64,000 nt of DNA from an uncultured Methanosarcinales archaeon. GTDB taxonomy: Archaea; Nanobdellota; Nanobdellia; Woesearchaeales; UBA12501. The translations under genes were made by a program, and so were the position numbers. Under the pieces are notes generated by a model. The model had not been told where the DNA came from. It saw only the letters and a program-made list of their open reading frames with translations, and ran no database searches. The DNA lies in NCBI GenBank assembly GCA_964397315.1, contig CAYNHV010000001.1, positions 81,865-145,864 on the forward strand, given 5' to 3'. The first letter of the stretch is position 1, and every line of letters begins with the position of its first letter. This document shows, in pieces, positions 50,201 through 58,802 of the stretch.

Positions 50201-50505
50201 GGCTGAAGCCAGGAATGGACTGCACTGCAGGAGCATTTGTGCTCACAAAGTTCCAGCCTGACGACAGTCATGTGAGCGTGACAGAGGGCTATTATGATCA
50301 TGATGTGTGCCTGAGAGTGGAGGGAGGGAGCGTCAGCTGCAGGGTTGACAAGAGCCCTTCAGACGGCAGGTGCGAAGAGGAAGAGGCCTGTGTAGCAACC
50401 CTCTATCAGGATGATGATTCGCACATCGCAGCATGCCCTGACAGCACAGGAGATCCTTATGATAATACAGTATGCTGCAAATACACTAAAACATGGGGTG
50501 AGTAA
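47215..50505 (+). CDS. Large secreted Cys/Asp-rich surface protein
   Basis: Signal peptide; DADKDGH..DCDD..YPGAPEVCDG repeats; C-terminal domain with three DSH repeats. Confidence 0.8.
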   Translation: MNKGISFVINSFIMLLIILPFFVNGASVSVNNEGYAETEALDAPSNSGFKGRTINLGDYNYVEGAVHVKIVSEGCIQVKDFRLVGADGGEYSASDKNEIICYNSPDHTPQAVIYPNAGGMSVSSFKFNINNDVREAEPNTVPECGGVWCKHPCSIGFSGCQCKPSWDFCSFHSVSCTKFGITTTETYNSCQPSATQQTWGTGEKYVLMWVTDADKDGHFRETDCDDSDGTVYPGAPEVCDGQRNNCGWNEEKTECECSGPVEGDCEDYDNDDYCSAGMNVSLEYLMDNCPGGECCGTLDFYRELTGAENPSSGDAWSQIISEEDEYGKKRYSASVKIVKGEEHHFVTGSDCDDYNENVNPGEEEACHPDTFDNDCDDWDGKWDNKAQTGVNEGCEAQSVQDCGSLGGEWVGLKDPGAGDCCGEDGDGDNKPDIEENFTRWVKQVADNEKSACFRSEAFENLAVVDKSEKVLHYNGNFYGCNLDDAEDLKDFEYRFMLESEKRQITEKSSTEQGCDNVGDEEGGHYFCSQEGVWKTYNGLKAGNIKTTPFENDGLPGFSESECCPELWCWDGHECVDGSNPEGGQNTLRKCVRGEWEEIEEKPSQSNPNQRGQCAISQCYYLPESGDGMCVNEGNWTKDHYCNEGEWTTRTALLANELQGFAEDESDDYSIFCGAYDKVLNDLQAVEGEITFSIQTYLSNQQSNNFCALLYNDGSEKKVVIGASLNMPVNSEESEFLYLFEESRYQMGPVTYYNYCDGAIEEGESEGAGYFGCNYYNVKDNAKIWYNAKLDSIIYSSEEISLNGEESLIELFIGYIRSMIGGEEEAEEDAVPAKHFDRLYMNKKEGKLIKGFMDETRNKMRVEYSGVGSDICGYLNDVFAEELQGTNINCRRSLNSKGIPFYYIESNDENIAKDYWQDLTGKIRLNDKEYLEERDDLIESIGAERENKEVIGDQLSCSVKEACAPWELPLFSMYSLSDSHAGTQDYFGNNVCCGIEGLKPGMDCTAGAFVLTKFQPDDSHVSVTEGYYDHDVCLRVEGGSVSCRVDKSPSDGRCEEEEACVATLYQDDDSHIAACPDSTGDPYDNTVCCKYTKTWGE

Positions 50506-50507
50506 AA

Positions 50508-51083
50508 ATGAAGTTTGAGATAAACATTGCGAAGAAGCATGCCTGGATGATTGTGGCGGCGGTGACGCTTTTGAGCGTTACAATGCTTGTTTTTGCCACA
50601 GGCTATTCAAGTGGTCTCCAGTCCCATGCCACACTGTTTGCTGACACAATAAGAGGGAAGTCAGGAGGGAGTGTGACTGTTGATGATACGCTGTCAACCA
50701 CTGGAGACATTTCCGCTGACGGGACAATATCAGGAGACGGCTCTGGGTTGAGTAATGTCCATAGTTCCTTATGTATGCATAAAAGAGGCGATTCAAGCCG
50801 AAATGATAAGGTTTTATGGTGCACTGAAGATTATCCCGTGCTGGTTCACTGCTCGGGGCCGGATGATCAAGCCCCAGATAGTGTAGATGACCTAAGTTCC
50901 GAATGCTCTGACGATGGAGATTGTGAATTTAGTGGTGAAAGAGGTTCTCTGGGGGGGGATTATATATACTTTGAAATAATCAGGAAAATAACATCCGATG
51001 GCGTGGAAGTACGAGGGTGTGCGGGTTATGATTATGAACATAGTCACGTGGATTACAAGCTTGATATAGTATGTTGCAAATAA
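50508..51083 (+). CDS. Secreted/anchored hypothetical protein with Cys-rich C-terminus
   Basis: N-terminal TM, GDISADGTISGDGSGLSNV linker, C-terminus IVCCK. Confidence 0.75.
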   Translation: MKFEINIAKKHAWMIVAAVTLLSVTMLVFATGYSSGLQSHATLFADTIRGKSGGSVTVDDTLSTTGDISADGTISGDGSGLSNVHSSLCMHKRGDSSRNDKVLWCTEDYPVLVHCSGPDDQAPDSVDDLSSECSDDGDCEFSGERGSLGGDYIYFEIIRKITSDGVEVRGCAGYDYEHSHVDYKLDIVCCK

Positions 51084-51169
51084 GACTGGCAAAAACACTG
51101 CTCAAAAGCAGAAAATTATAAAACCAAGTGAAGAGGAGTGTCCTCTGTGACTTAAAACAATAAGCTAAA

Positions 51170-53452
51170 ATGCCCAAGAAACGCAAAGCAGGACTGTGGA
51201 TGGTGGTTTTGGTAGCTCTGGCTGTGATGGCAGGGAGTGTTTATGGTGAAATGATTACAAAATCATCTTCTTGTGGAGAAGAAGGAACTGTTTCATGCCC
51301 TCCTGAATGTGCTGAGCATGGTGTTGAGTGCACCACTTCCTCCTGCAGTCTTCCACAGTCTTACCATATAAATTGTGGACCCCCCTCCTCAGGTTCGGGG
51401 TGTGAAGGAACGTACGATGAAAACAGCGACCTGTCTAAAGGATTTTGCGCGAGTTTTTGTACGCAGCAGTCAAACCTTGAGTTTATAGAATGTTCTCAAG
51501 AGAACTGCGTCGCCTCCGGAGGCAGTGACAGTTCCTGTTGCTGTAATGATATGGTCTGCTATTATGAGGGTGTAAAAAAAATATGCACTTATGAGGTGAT
51601 TAGTTGTACAGATTCTGATAATGATGGATATTCTAAGGAAGGCGGAGAGTGCGGAATCGTGGATTGCGATGATTCTGACTCTTCCATAAATCCGGATTCT
51701 TCAGAAATCTGCGACGGCATTGACAATGACTGCGACGGCCAGGTTGATGAGGGCTGTGATGATGATGGTGATGATTATTGCGATGCTGAAATGGAGGTTG
51801 TAGGCACTCCTGGTGTATGCTCTAACGGAGGAGGTGACTGCGATGACACAGACCCTGACATAAACCCCTCAGCTGCAGAATCCTGCGACGGCATTGACAA
51901 TGATTGTGATGGCCAGGTTGATGAGGATTTTGACCTGCAGACTGACCCTGAGAACTGCGGCAGCTGCGGTAATGTATGCGGAGCAGATGAGACCTGCGAA
52001 GCAGGCGAATGTGTTCCTGCGGAGCAGGAATGCACAGACTTCTCTGACTGCCCTTCAGGCGAGGTTTGCAAGGGAGGCCTCTGCGTCAGGGGCATAATGG
52101 ACTGGAGCGATGATGACTTTGCAATATGCCACACTGAGACTTGCGCTCCGTCATGCGTTGTGCCTGAGGATGACACCATACTTAACAATGACACTGTCCT
52201 GTGCAGGGGCTATTATGAGGTGGCTGACCAGGCCAATAACGGCACTATAATATTCAACTCAAGCGGCATAGAGCTTGACTGTAATGGAGCAGAGCTGAGA
52301 GGGGACTGGACAGGAACAGGAATACTCGCTCCAAAGGACAATGTTAACATAACAGGCTGCAATATATCAGGGTACAGCACAGGAATAAACCTCAGCTCCT
52401 CATCATCCATTGTTGAGAAAAGCACGCTTAACAACACAATGGACCTTCTCATACAAGGATCCTCCAATGAGTTCTCCCTCAACCACTTCTACGGAGGAGG
52501 CGTGCAGGACTCAGGCAGCGGAAACGTGTTCTGCAGGGACAGCAAGGGAAGCTTCTACCATGAGAGCCTTGGATTTGAGAGCATAGGAGGCTCTGGAGAG
52601 AGCGAGGACTGCGGGCTCAGCATAATAACACAGCCCTCATACAGGTCACTCTTCTCCCCCGGCGAGGTGATTGACATCTCATGGAGCAGCCAGTCAACAA
52701 AATACAGCGAGCCTGTGAGCTACTGGCTCGGCTACTCTTATGAAGGCGGGGAGTGGAGCACCCTCTACACAGGAGATGGAACAAGCTACACATGGGACAC
52801 AGCTGAGAGCATAGACACAGGGGAGTATGATGTAAAAGTAATTCCCAATGATGGGTATGCCAACGGCACAATGAATTCCACCCTTATATTAATAAGCAAT
52901 TATGGTATTGTGGAAGGAGAAGTCTCCTGCAATGGAGATTCTGTTGAGGGAGCCACTGTGACAGTGGCTGGATACCCTGACACTACTGTAACAACAGAAA
53001 GTGGCGGCTCTTACACCATAGACAATGCGCCTTTCGGCACCCACACTATCACAGCATCAAAAGAAGGCAGGACAACAAGGCAGAAGAGCTACACTATTGA
53101 GTCAGGAGGTAACGATCAGGCAGAAGTTAACTTTGAGGATGTCTGCCCTGTGAGCCTTGACTGCGAGTCTGACTGCACTCTCAAGGGAGGGGACGTGTGC
53201 ATGGCAGAATGCAGCGGTTTTGAGGGCTGCTCTCTTGAGCCCTTGTGCGATGGTGTTAAGAAAGGCCTGCTCCTGGACACTGACGACTCGCTGATGCTCA
53301 GATGCTGCCAGGGAGAGATTGTTGAAAAGAGCGAGGAGATATCTGACGTGCAGCTGAATGAGACAGTTGACGCAGAGAACATAATAAGGACAACAAGGAT
53401 TGTCTATCACGAGGGCAAGCCTGTGAAGATGGTGGTGGTCACCTGGGAGTGA
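51170..53452 (+). CDS. Secreted multidomain protein (Cys-rich, DxDxDG repeats, beta-helix, carboxypeptidase-regulatory-like domain)
   Basis: CDGIDNDCDGQVDE twice; IELDCNGA; VEGATVTV...GSYTI...GTHTITASKEG. Confidence 0.82.
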   Translation: MPKKRKAGLWMVVLVALAVMAGSVYGEMITKSSSCGEEGTVSCPPECAEHGVECTTSSCSLPQSYHINCGPPSSGSGCEGTYDENSDLSKGFCASFCTQQSNLEFIECSQENCVASGGSDSSCCCNDMVCYYEGVKKICTYEVISCTDSDNDGYSKEGGECGIVDCDDSDSSINPDSSEICDGIDNDCDGQVDEGCDDDGDDYCDAEMEVVGTPGVCSNGGGDCDDTDPDINPSAAESCDGIDNDCDGQVDEDFDLQTDPENCGSCGNVCGADETCEAGECVPAEQECTDFSDCPSGEVCKGGLCVRGIMDWSDDDFAICHTETCAPSCVVPEDDTILNNDTVLCRGYYEVADQANNGTIIFNSSGIELDCNGAELRGDWTGTGILAPKDNVNITGCNISGYSTGINLSSSSSIVEKSTLNNTMDLLIQGSSNEFSLNHFYGGGVQDSGSGNVFCRDSKGSFYHESLGFESIGGSGESEDCGLSIITQPSYRSLFSPGEVIDISWSSQSTKYSEPVSYWLGYSYEGGEWSTLYTGDGTSYTWDTAESIDTGEYDVKVIPNDGYANGTMNSTLILISNYGIVEGEVSCNGDSVEGATVTVAGYPDTTVTTESGGSYTIDNAPFGTHTITASKEGRTTRQKSYTIESGGNDQAEVNFEDVCPVSLDCESDCTLKGGDVCMAECSGFEGCSLEPLCDGVKKGLLLDTDDSLMLRCCQGEIVEKSEEISDVQLNETVDAENIIRTTRIVYHEGKPVKMVVVTWE

Positions 53453-53489
53453 GCCAGGCTAAAGATTAATAAATCTCTCCTTTTTCCTT

Positions 53490-54032
53490 ATGGCCATGCA
53501 AAAAAGAGGTTACTTTTTCACGCTTGACGTATTGATAGCCCTTATTGTGATTGTGGTCGGCTTCATCCTCATATGGTCGTCAATGGCGTCCAGGACGCAT
53601 ATTGTCCAGCCATACTTCCTCTCGCAGGACACTCTTGACCTTCTGGCATCTTCCACTGTTGCTGACGTTAGCTCTTTGGATTATGTGAAAAAGCTCAGAG
53701 AAGACGGCAATATCACCCTCCAGCAGTATGACAACACCCTGCTGGAGCAGATGGCCCTCTATTATCACCAGAATGAAACTGGTTCAAGGCCCAATGATTA
53801 TGTGCTGAAGAACTTCACAAGAGTCATACTCACGAATGCCACGCCAGAGCAGTACTCCCTTGAGCTGAGGCTTGACAACAAGACGCTCTATTACCAGCAG
53901 AATCCATTCAACAAGCCGCAGGATGACTCTGGGGCTCTCGTGTCCTCAAAGACAGTTGTTTCTGTGGTTATACAGGGTGATGAGATATCAATCTCTGAGC
54001 CTTACATTGCTGAGGTGAGAGTGTGGCAGTGA
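53490..54032 (+). CDS. Pilin-like protein with class III signal peptide
   Basis: QKRG/YFFTLDVLIALIVIVVGFILIW: basic leader, Gly at -1, hydrophobic helix. Confidence 0.7.
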   Translation: MAMQKRGYFFTLDVLIALIVIVVGFILIWSSMASRTHIVQPYFLSQDTLDLLASSTVADVSSLDYVKKLREDGNITLQQYDNTLLEQMALYYHQNETGSRPNDYVLKNFTRVILTNATPEQYSLELRLDNKTLYYQQNPFNKPQDDSGALVSSKTVVSVVIQGDEISISEPYIAEVRVWQ

Positions 54033-55105
54033 GAAATAAAGGCTCAGCCAGGGGAAAGGGAAGAAAGGCGGTCTTCTTCACCCTCTCTTCAATAATTATA
54101 GTGTCGCTGTTCATGCTCTATTTCTCCACACAGGGAGAGCTCACTGTCAAGGAAAAGGCTGAGATACAGGAGTTCAGGGTCTCTGCTGTAAACGAGTTTG
54201 CAAAGAACTTTGAGAATGTCTATTTTCCCAGGGCATTGTATGCAACAAGCCAGAAGGCGCTGTACTCTCTTACAGAGCGCATGATTGAAAGATCTGAAAA
54301 CACTTACCCCAACCCTTATGTGAACCTTTCAAGAGACTTCCACACTGTCCTTGTTAACGGAACAATATACAATGAGGAGACAGAAGAATATGAAGCTCTT
54401 AAGTCAATGGAGGAGAGCACTCTTGAATACTGGCTTGAGAAGCTCACCAATGTCTCAAGGCAGGAGATGAACCTTTACGCAGAGTTCAACATAACAAGGA
54501 TTGTCATAAACCAGACAAAGCCCTGGTATGCTAATGTGACAGCATACCTGAGCTATAACATCACAAGCCCTGGTGTTGTGAGGATAACCAAGGAGGACGC
54601 GGCCATATCAACAGAGTTCAGCATACAGGGCTTTACTGACCCTCTTATTGCGGTTGAGACAGGAGTTAAGAGGAAGATCAACCGCTCCAGCCTTCCCATT
54701 GAGGAGGAATCAGAGGATCTTAATATTGACGCTGGAGATCTGATTGACAGCGGATCATACATATTCCAGAACAAGACAGCGCCGAGCTTCCTGATGCGGT
54801 TTGAGAAGAACCTCAATGCATCACCCTGCTGCGGAATAGAAACCCTTATTTCGCCTGAAATCTATACTGCCTCTGGCTACAGTGGCAAGATATCAAAGGC
54901 ATTCACTGGCTACCAGTTCCTTGTGCAGGAAAGTGCAGATCCTCCAGGCCTGTGCTATGACTGGAATCTAGATGAAGAAGACACACTCTATAACATAACT
55001 CTAGATGTTGCCACAAACGAATTCCCGTTCAGGATTGATGAGTTCCATACTTTCATGATCTACACAAAGGGTAGATCAGAAGAGACAAAAGACAGTTGCA
55101 CCTGA
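54023..55105 (+). CDS. Pilin-like protein with class III signal peptide
   Basis: GRKA/VFFTLSSIIIVSLFMLYF; overlaps upstream gene. Confidence 0.65.
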   Translation: MAVRNKGSARGKGRKAVFFTLSSIIIVSLFMLYFSTQGELTVKEKAEIQEFRVSAVNEFAKNFENVYFPRALYATSQKALYSLTERMIERSENTYPNPYVNLSRDFHTVLVNGTIYNEETEEYEALKSMEESTLEYWLEKLTNVSRQEMNLYAEFNITRIVINQTKPWYANVTAYLSYNITSPGVVRITKEDAAISTEFSIQGFTDPLIAVETGVKRKINRSSLPIEEESEDLNIDAGDLIDSGSYIFQNKTAPSFLMRFEKNLNASPCCGIETLISPEIYTASGYSGKISKAFTGYQFLVQESADPPGLCYDWNLDEEDTLYNITLDVATNEFPFRIDEFHTFMIYTKGRSEETKDSCT

Positions 55106-55164
55106 GGAGCATCAGAAAAAATGTTTTGCGTGACTGATGGAGAATGCTGCCTCTCAGAACAAGG

Positions 55165-55920
55165 TCACCTGAACCTTTCAAGAGACTCTTCCTCCATGAA
55201 GTGAAGCTCAGAGGGTACTATAATGCAGTAAGGCGGCTTTCCGAAGTGCACCTCCCCAAGCTCCCCTGCTTTTCCTGCCTTTATGAACGCATCATCAGAG
55301 CCGAGCCTTGCGCAGCCCACAATGAGGGTGTCTTCAGTAAAAACCTGCTCTTTTCTCTTCTCCTCTGCGCTGTTCAGGATTGATATTGCATCCTTTATTG
55401 TCATGAACCTGTCTTTTGCAGGCTCAAGGTCAAGAAGAACAAGGGTGTGCATCCTGCTGCTCATGTTCTGCTTTACAGCATCATATGCTGCTTCTGCGCT
55501 TCCGTTCTCAGGAAATGGAATGCTTGTTGTCCTGCCGAACTTGTACAGCTGCAGGCCAGTAATCCCAACTGCTGTGAGCACAGACGCATTGTTTATTACC
55601 CTGACCTCAATGCCTTTTTCCTCTGCCCTGAGCATCATGTCAATATGGGTTGTTGCTGACATTGGATCTCCCACAACAAGCAGGGCTGTGTCTTCCTGGC
55701 CTGCCTTATCAAGAATTGTGTCAGCCTTGCTCTCAACCATGTCCCTGTCTGCCTTTGCTATCCTCCTGCCGTAGAACTCCTCAAGCTTCTTCAAAGGCAC
55801 CTGCAGCAATGAGGTGTAGGTTTCAATATACACATGGCTGCATGCCTTCACTGCCTCAAGGCCCTTTACAGTTATGTCCTTCTCGTCAGAGAGCCCTATT
55901 CCTATGATGTAGAGTGTCAT
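55165..55920 (-). CDS. dph5: Diphthine synthase Dph5
   Basis: LYIIGIGL, ETYTS, VGDPMSATTH, GLQLYKFG, HTLVLLD, LHFMEEE. Confidence 0.96.
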   Translation of the reverse strand: MTLYIIGIGLSDEKDITVKGLEAVKACSHVYIETYTSLLQVPLKKLEEFYGRRIAKADRDMVESKADTILDKAGQEDTALLVVGDPMSATTHIDMMLRAEEKGIEVRVINNASVLTAVGITGLQLYKFGRTTSIPFPENGSAEAAYDAVKQNMSSRMHTLVLLDLEPAKDRFMTIKDAISILNSAEEKRKEQVFTEDTLIVGCARLGSDDAFIKAGKAGELGEVHFGKPPYCIIVPSELHFMEEESLERFR

Positions 55921-56102
55921 GGTGCCTGTTCTGCTGCCCCTCCTTATAAATATTTTTAAATCTTGCCACTGTTAATATGGAGCTGCACGTACATTAACCA
56001 AACCAATATACAGAAATCCATACTAATATATCCTTTAAAATATAGTTTTAATCTCAGAAATATATTTATATCATATATGTTTTATAAAAATAAGAAATAT
56101 TC

Positions 56103-56175
56103 GGGTTTTTTGGCGAAAACCCTTGTATGGCGATTAAAAGTTTTGGCGATAAAAGTTAAGTATACTTGTTGGCGC
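56103..56175 (+). promoter_or_regulatory. Cluster of TGGCG(A) direct repeats upstream of ftsZ
   Basis: TGGCGA at 56111, 56128 and 56144; TGGCGC at 56170. Confidence 0.5.
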
Positions 56176-56313
56176 AAGTAAACTTGTTCTAGGGAGAATA
56201 TAGTGTAAGCCTATATTTAAATATTTAGGTAGTTTAGACTATATTCTCAAAAATATAAGCCACAGGCTATAAAAGGTGAAAGCTGGACAAAAACCAAAAG
56301 GGGGTTTAAGAAA

Positions 56314-57384
56314 ATGGATTTTATTGTGCAAGACGCTGTAAAACAACAGGAAGAGCAGAAGGAAGAGCTTGATCTGAATCAGGCCAACATAAAGGTGATT
56401 GGTGTTGGAGGGGCCGGAAACAACATGATAAACTGGCTCTACAAGAAGGGAATACAGGGCGCTGAGATACTTGCTGTGAACACTGACTCGCAGCACCTTG
56501 GAATAACAAGCGCTGACAAGAAGTTCGTCATCGGCCAGGAGCTCACAAGAGGCCTGGGCTGCGGAGGCTTCCCGAACAGGGGGGCAGAAGCGGCAAAAGA
56601 ATCAATACAGAATATCAAGGAAACCCTTAAAGAGTCTGACATGGTTTTTGTCTGCGCAGGCCTTGGAGGAGGAACAGGCACAGGCGCAGGTCCGGTAGTG
56701 GCCAAAGTGGCAAAAGACACAGGAGCGATAGTCATAGGAACTGTTACAATGCCCTTCAAGATTGAGAGGGCAAGGATAGACAAGGCAGAGTTCGGGCTGC
56801 AGCAGCTCAGGGAAGTCTCAGACACTGTGATTGTCATTGACAACAACAGGCTGGTGTCCATAGCAGGAAACCTTCCTGTGCAGCAGGCATTCGCAGTTGC
56901 AAACGAGCTCATCTCAACAATGATCAAGGGAATTGTGGAGACAATAGCCATACCAAGCCTGGTGAACCTTGACTATGCTGATGTGAGGGCGATAATGACA
57001 GATGGAGGAGTGGCAGCAATAGGAGTTGGAGCCTCAGACACAAGCAGCAAGGTTGACGAGGCAGTGAAGGGAGCGCTGACAAACCCCCTCCTTGACATAA
57101 GCTATGAGGGAGCGACAGGAGCGATCATACACGTGTGCGGAGGGCCTGACCTCACCCTTGACGAGATATCAAAGGTGGGAGAGCTTGTCACAGAAGCCAT
57201 GGACCCTGATGCCAATGTCATATGGGGCGCAAGAATTGACGACAATATGAAGGGCAAGCTCACAGTGATGACAATCATCACAGGAGTCAACTCCCCATGG
57301 ATACTCGGGAAGGCAGACTACAGCCAGCCAAGCCCTCAGGCGCAGCAGGTAAGCGACGAGCTGGGCATTGAGATGGTGAAGTAA
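56314..57384 (+). CDS. ftsZ: Cell division protein FtsZ
   Basis: GVGGAGNN, NTD, GLGGGTGTG, NLDYADV, VIWGARID. Confidence 0.97.
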   Translation: MDFIVQDAVKQQEEQKEELDLNQANIKVIGVGGAGNNMINWLYKKGIQGAEILAVNTDSQHLGITSADKKFVIGQELTRGLGCGGFPNRGAEAAKESIQNIKETLKESDMVFVCAGLGGGTGTGAGPVVAKVAKDTGAIVIGTVTMPFKIERARIDKAEFGLQQLREVSDTVIVIDNNRLVSIAGNLPVQQAFAVANELISTMIKGIVETIAIPSLVNLDYADVRAIMTDGGVAAIGVGASDTSSKVDEAVKGALTNPLLDISYEGATGAIIHVCGGPDLTLDEISKVGELVTEAMDPDANVIWGARIDDNMKGKLTVMTIITGVNSPWILGKADYSQPSPQAQQVSDELGIEMVK

Positions 57385-57408
57385 GGCAGTTTTATTTTCA
57401 TTAATTTC

Positions 57409-57454
57409 TGCCTTCATCTTTTAAACCACCCCCAAACCAACTTGGATGAAGGCA
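57409..57454 (+). terminator. Stem-loop downstream of ftsZ
   Basis: TGCCTTCATC (57409-57418) / GATGAAGGCA (57445-57454). Confidence 0.5.
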
Positions 57455-57457
57455 AGC

Positions 57458-57935
57458 ATTGCCCCTTCGGGGGCTTTTTCTTTTTTTTCTTAAGAAAAAG
57501 TAAGTCCTGGTGATTCTCGCCCTTGGGAGGCTGATATTTTGGTTTTTACAACTCCAGATTCCTCCCGCCCTTAGGAAGGTTTATTTATGATAATAAATCC
57601 TAATTATTCCCGCCCTTTCTGCAGAACCACCCAGCAGGCTATCTGATTCTAAAACAGCACAATTCCCAGCTCCTGCTTCAGATAAGCCCGCCCAATGATA
57701 TACTTAAAGCGCTCTGTGGAGTTTGTGCTCTCAAGCTGTTGAAGGGGGAGGTGGGTGGGATTTGTCTATCTGTAAGTGCGACTGGGGTGGTGGAGAAATC
57801 TGGATTAACCAAAATACACACAGGAGATTTAATCATGGTGCTTCAACGCTTAAAGGGCATTTTATGGGATTGAGCGCAGTGAAATCCCGCCTGCGCTTGA
57901 ACAGAGTAACGCCGTCCCGGAGGAGAACTCCGGAG
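57458..57935 (+). repeat. Dispersed intergenic element, copy D (with left-end hairpin module)
   Basis: Left units at 57505, 57553 and 57598; core matches the second core of copy A; first 46 bp shared with 63902-63946. Confidence 0.92.
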
Positions 57936-57980
57936 GGATCCCATTTTTACAATGAAATTATTCTTAGAACTCATAGACAT

Positions 57981-58679
57981 TCACTCTGTATCAACGCCTT
58001 TCTTCTTCATCTTCTCCTTTATCCTGTCCTTGTGATGGGTGATCTTCTCCTTCATGCTGTTCCACATCTTCCTTGCCTTCTCCTTACTCTCTTTTGCAGT
58101 CTCCTCCATCTGCAGGCTCCAGTCCCAAAGCACCATGTTAAAGTTCTTAACCCTGTTCTTGTACTTCTGTATGTAAACCATTGACTCAAAGACATCTCTT
58201 GGAGGCACCGGCACCTGCTCGTCAGGATAGCCAAGTGTTATCAGCATGTGCGGTACAGCTCTTGCAGGAGCGCCTATGGCCTCCATTACCTTGTCAGTGT
58301 CAAAAGCCCCGACCCAGCAGCTTCCCACTCCCAGGTCAGTTGCTGTTAGGAGCATGTTCTCTGCCACTGCAGCGCATCCCTGAGTGAGGTAGAACTTCCC
58401 CCTCTCGCCGTAATAATGCACGAGCCTGTCCTCTTTTCCGCATATCGCAAGTATCACAGGAGCCTCCTCTATCCAGTACTGCTTCAGGCAGGCCTCTGCC
58501 AGCTGCTTCTTAATCCCAGGGTCAGACACAACAACAATCCTGAAAGACTGCAGGTTGCCTGCGGCAGGAGCGTACCTTCCTGCCTCCAGAATCTGGACCA
58601 CCTTGTCCCATTCCACAGGGACATCAAGGTATTTTCTTATGCTCCTCCTCTTTTTGCAGATCTCAAGCACGTGGCTCAT
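57981..58679 (-). CDS. Nitroreductase family protein
   Basis: RRSIRKY, APAAGNLQ, AENMLLTATDLGVGSCWVG, LGYP. Confidence 0.93.
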   Translation of the reverse strand: MSHVLEICKKRRSIRKYLDVPVEWDKVVQILEAGRYAPAAGNLQSFRIVVVSDPGIKKQLAEACLKQYWIEEAPVILAICGKEDRLVHYYGERGKFYLTQGCAAVAENMLLTATDLGVGSCWVGAFDTDKVMEAIGAPARAVPHMLITLGYPDEQVPVPPRDVFESMVYIQKYKNRVKNFNMVLWDWSLQMEETAKESKEKARKMWNSMKEKITHHKDRIKEKMKKKGVDTE

Positions 58680-58802
58680 AACCTCAGCTTATATCCTATT
58701 ATTTAAATAGTTTTTGTTAAGCATGAACCCTGGCTGCGCTTTTGGGGTTTCATGCAGCGCAGGGTGGTAAAATTTATATATCCTCCTGCAAACTATTACT
58801 TC

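Noticed and set aside
47215-55105. Diversity-generating retroelement
   Set aside because: No reverse transcriptase and no template/variable repeat pair with adenine-specific differences seen in this window.
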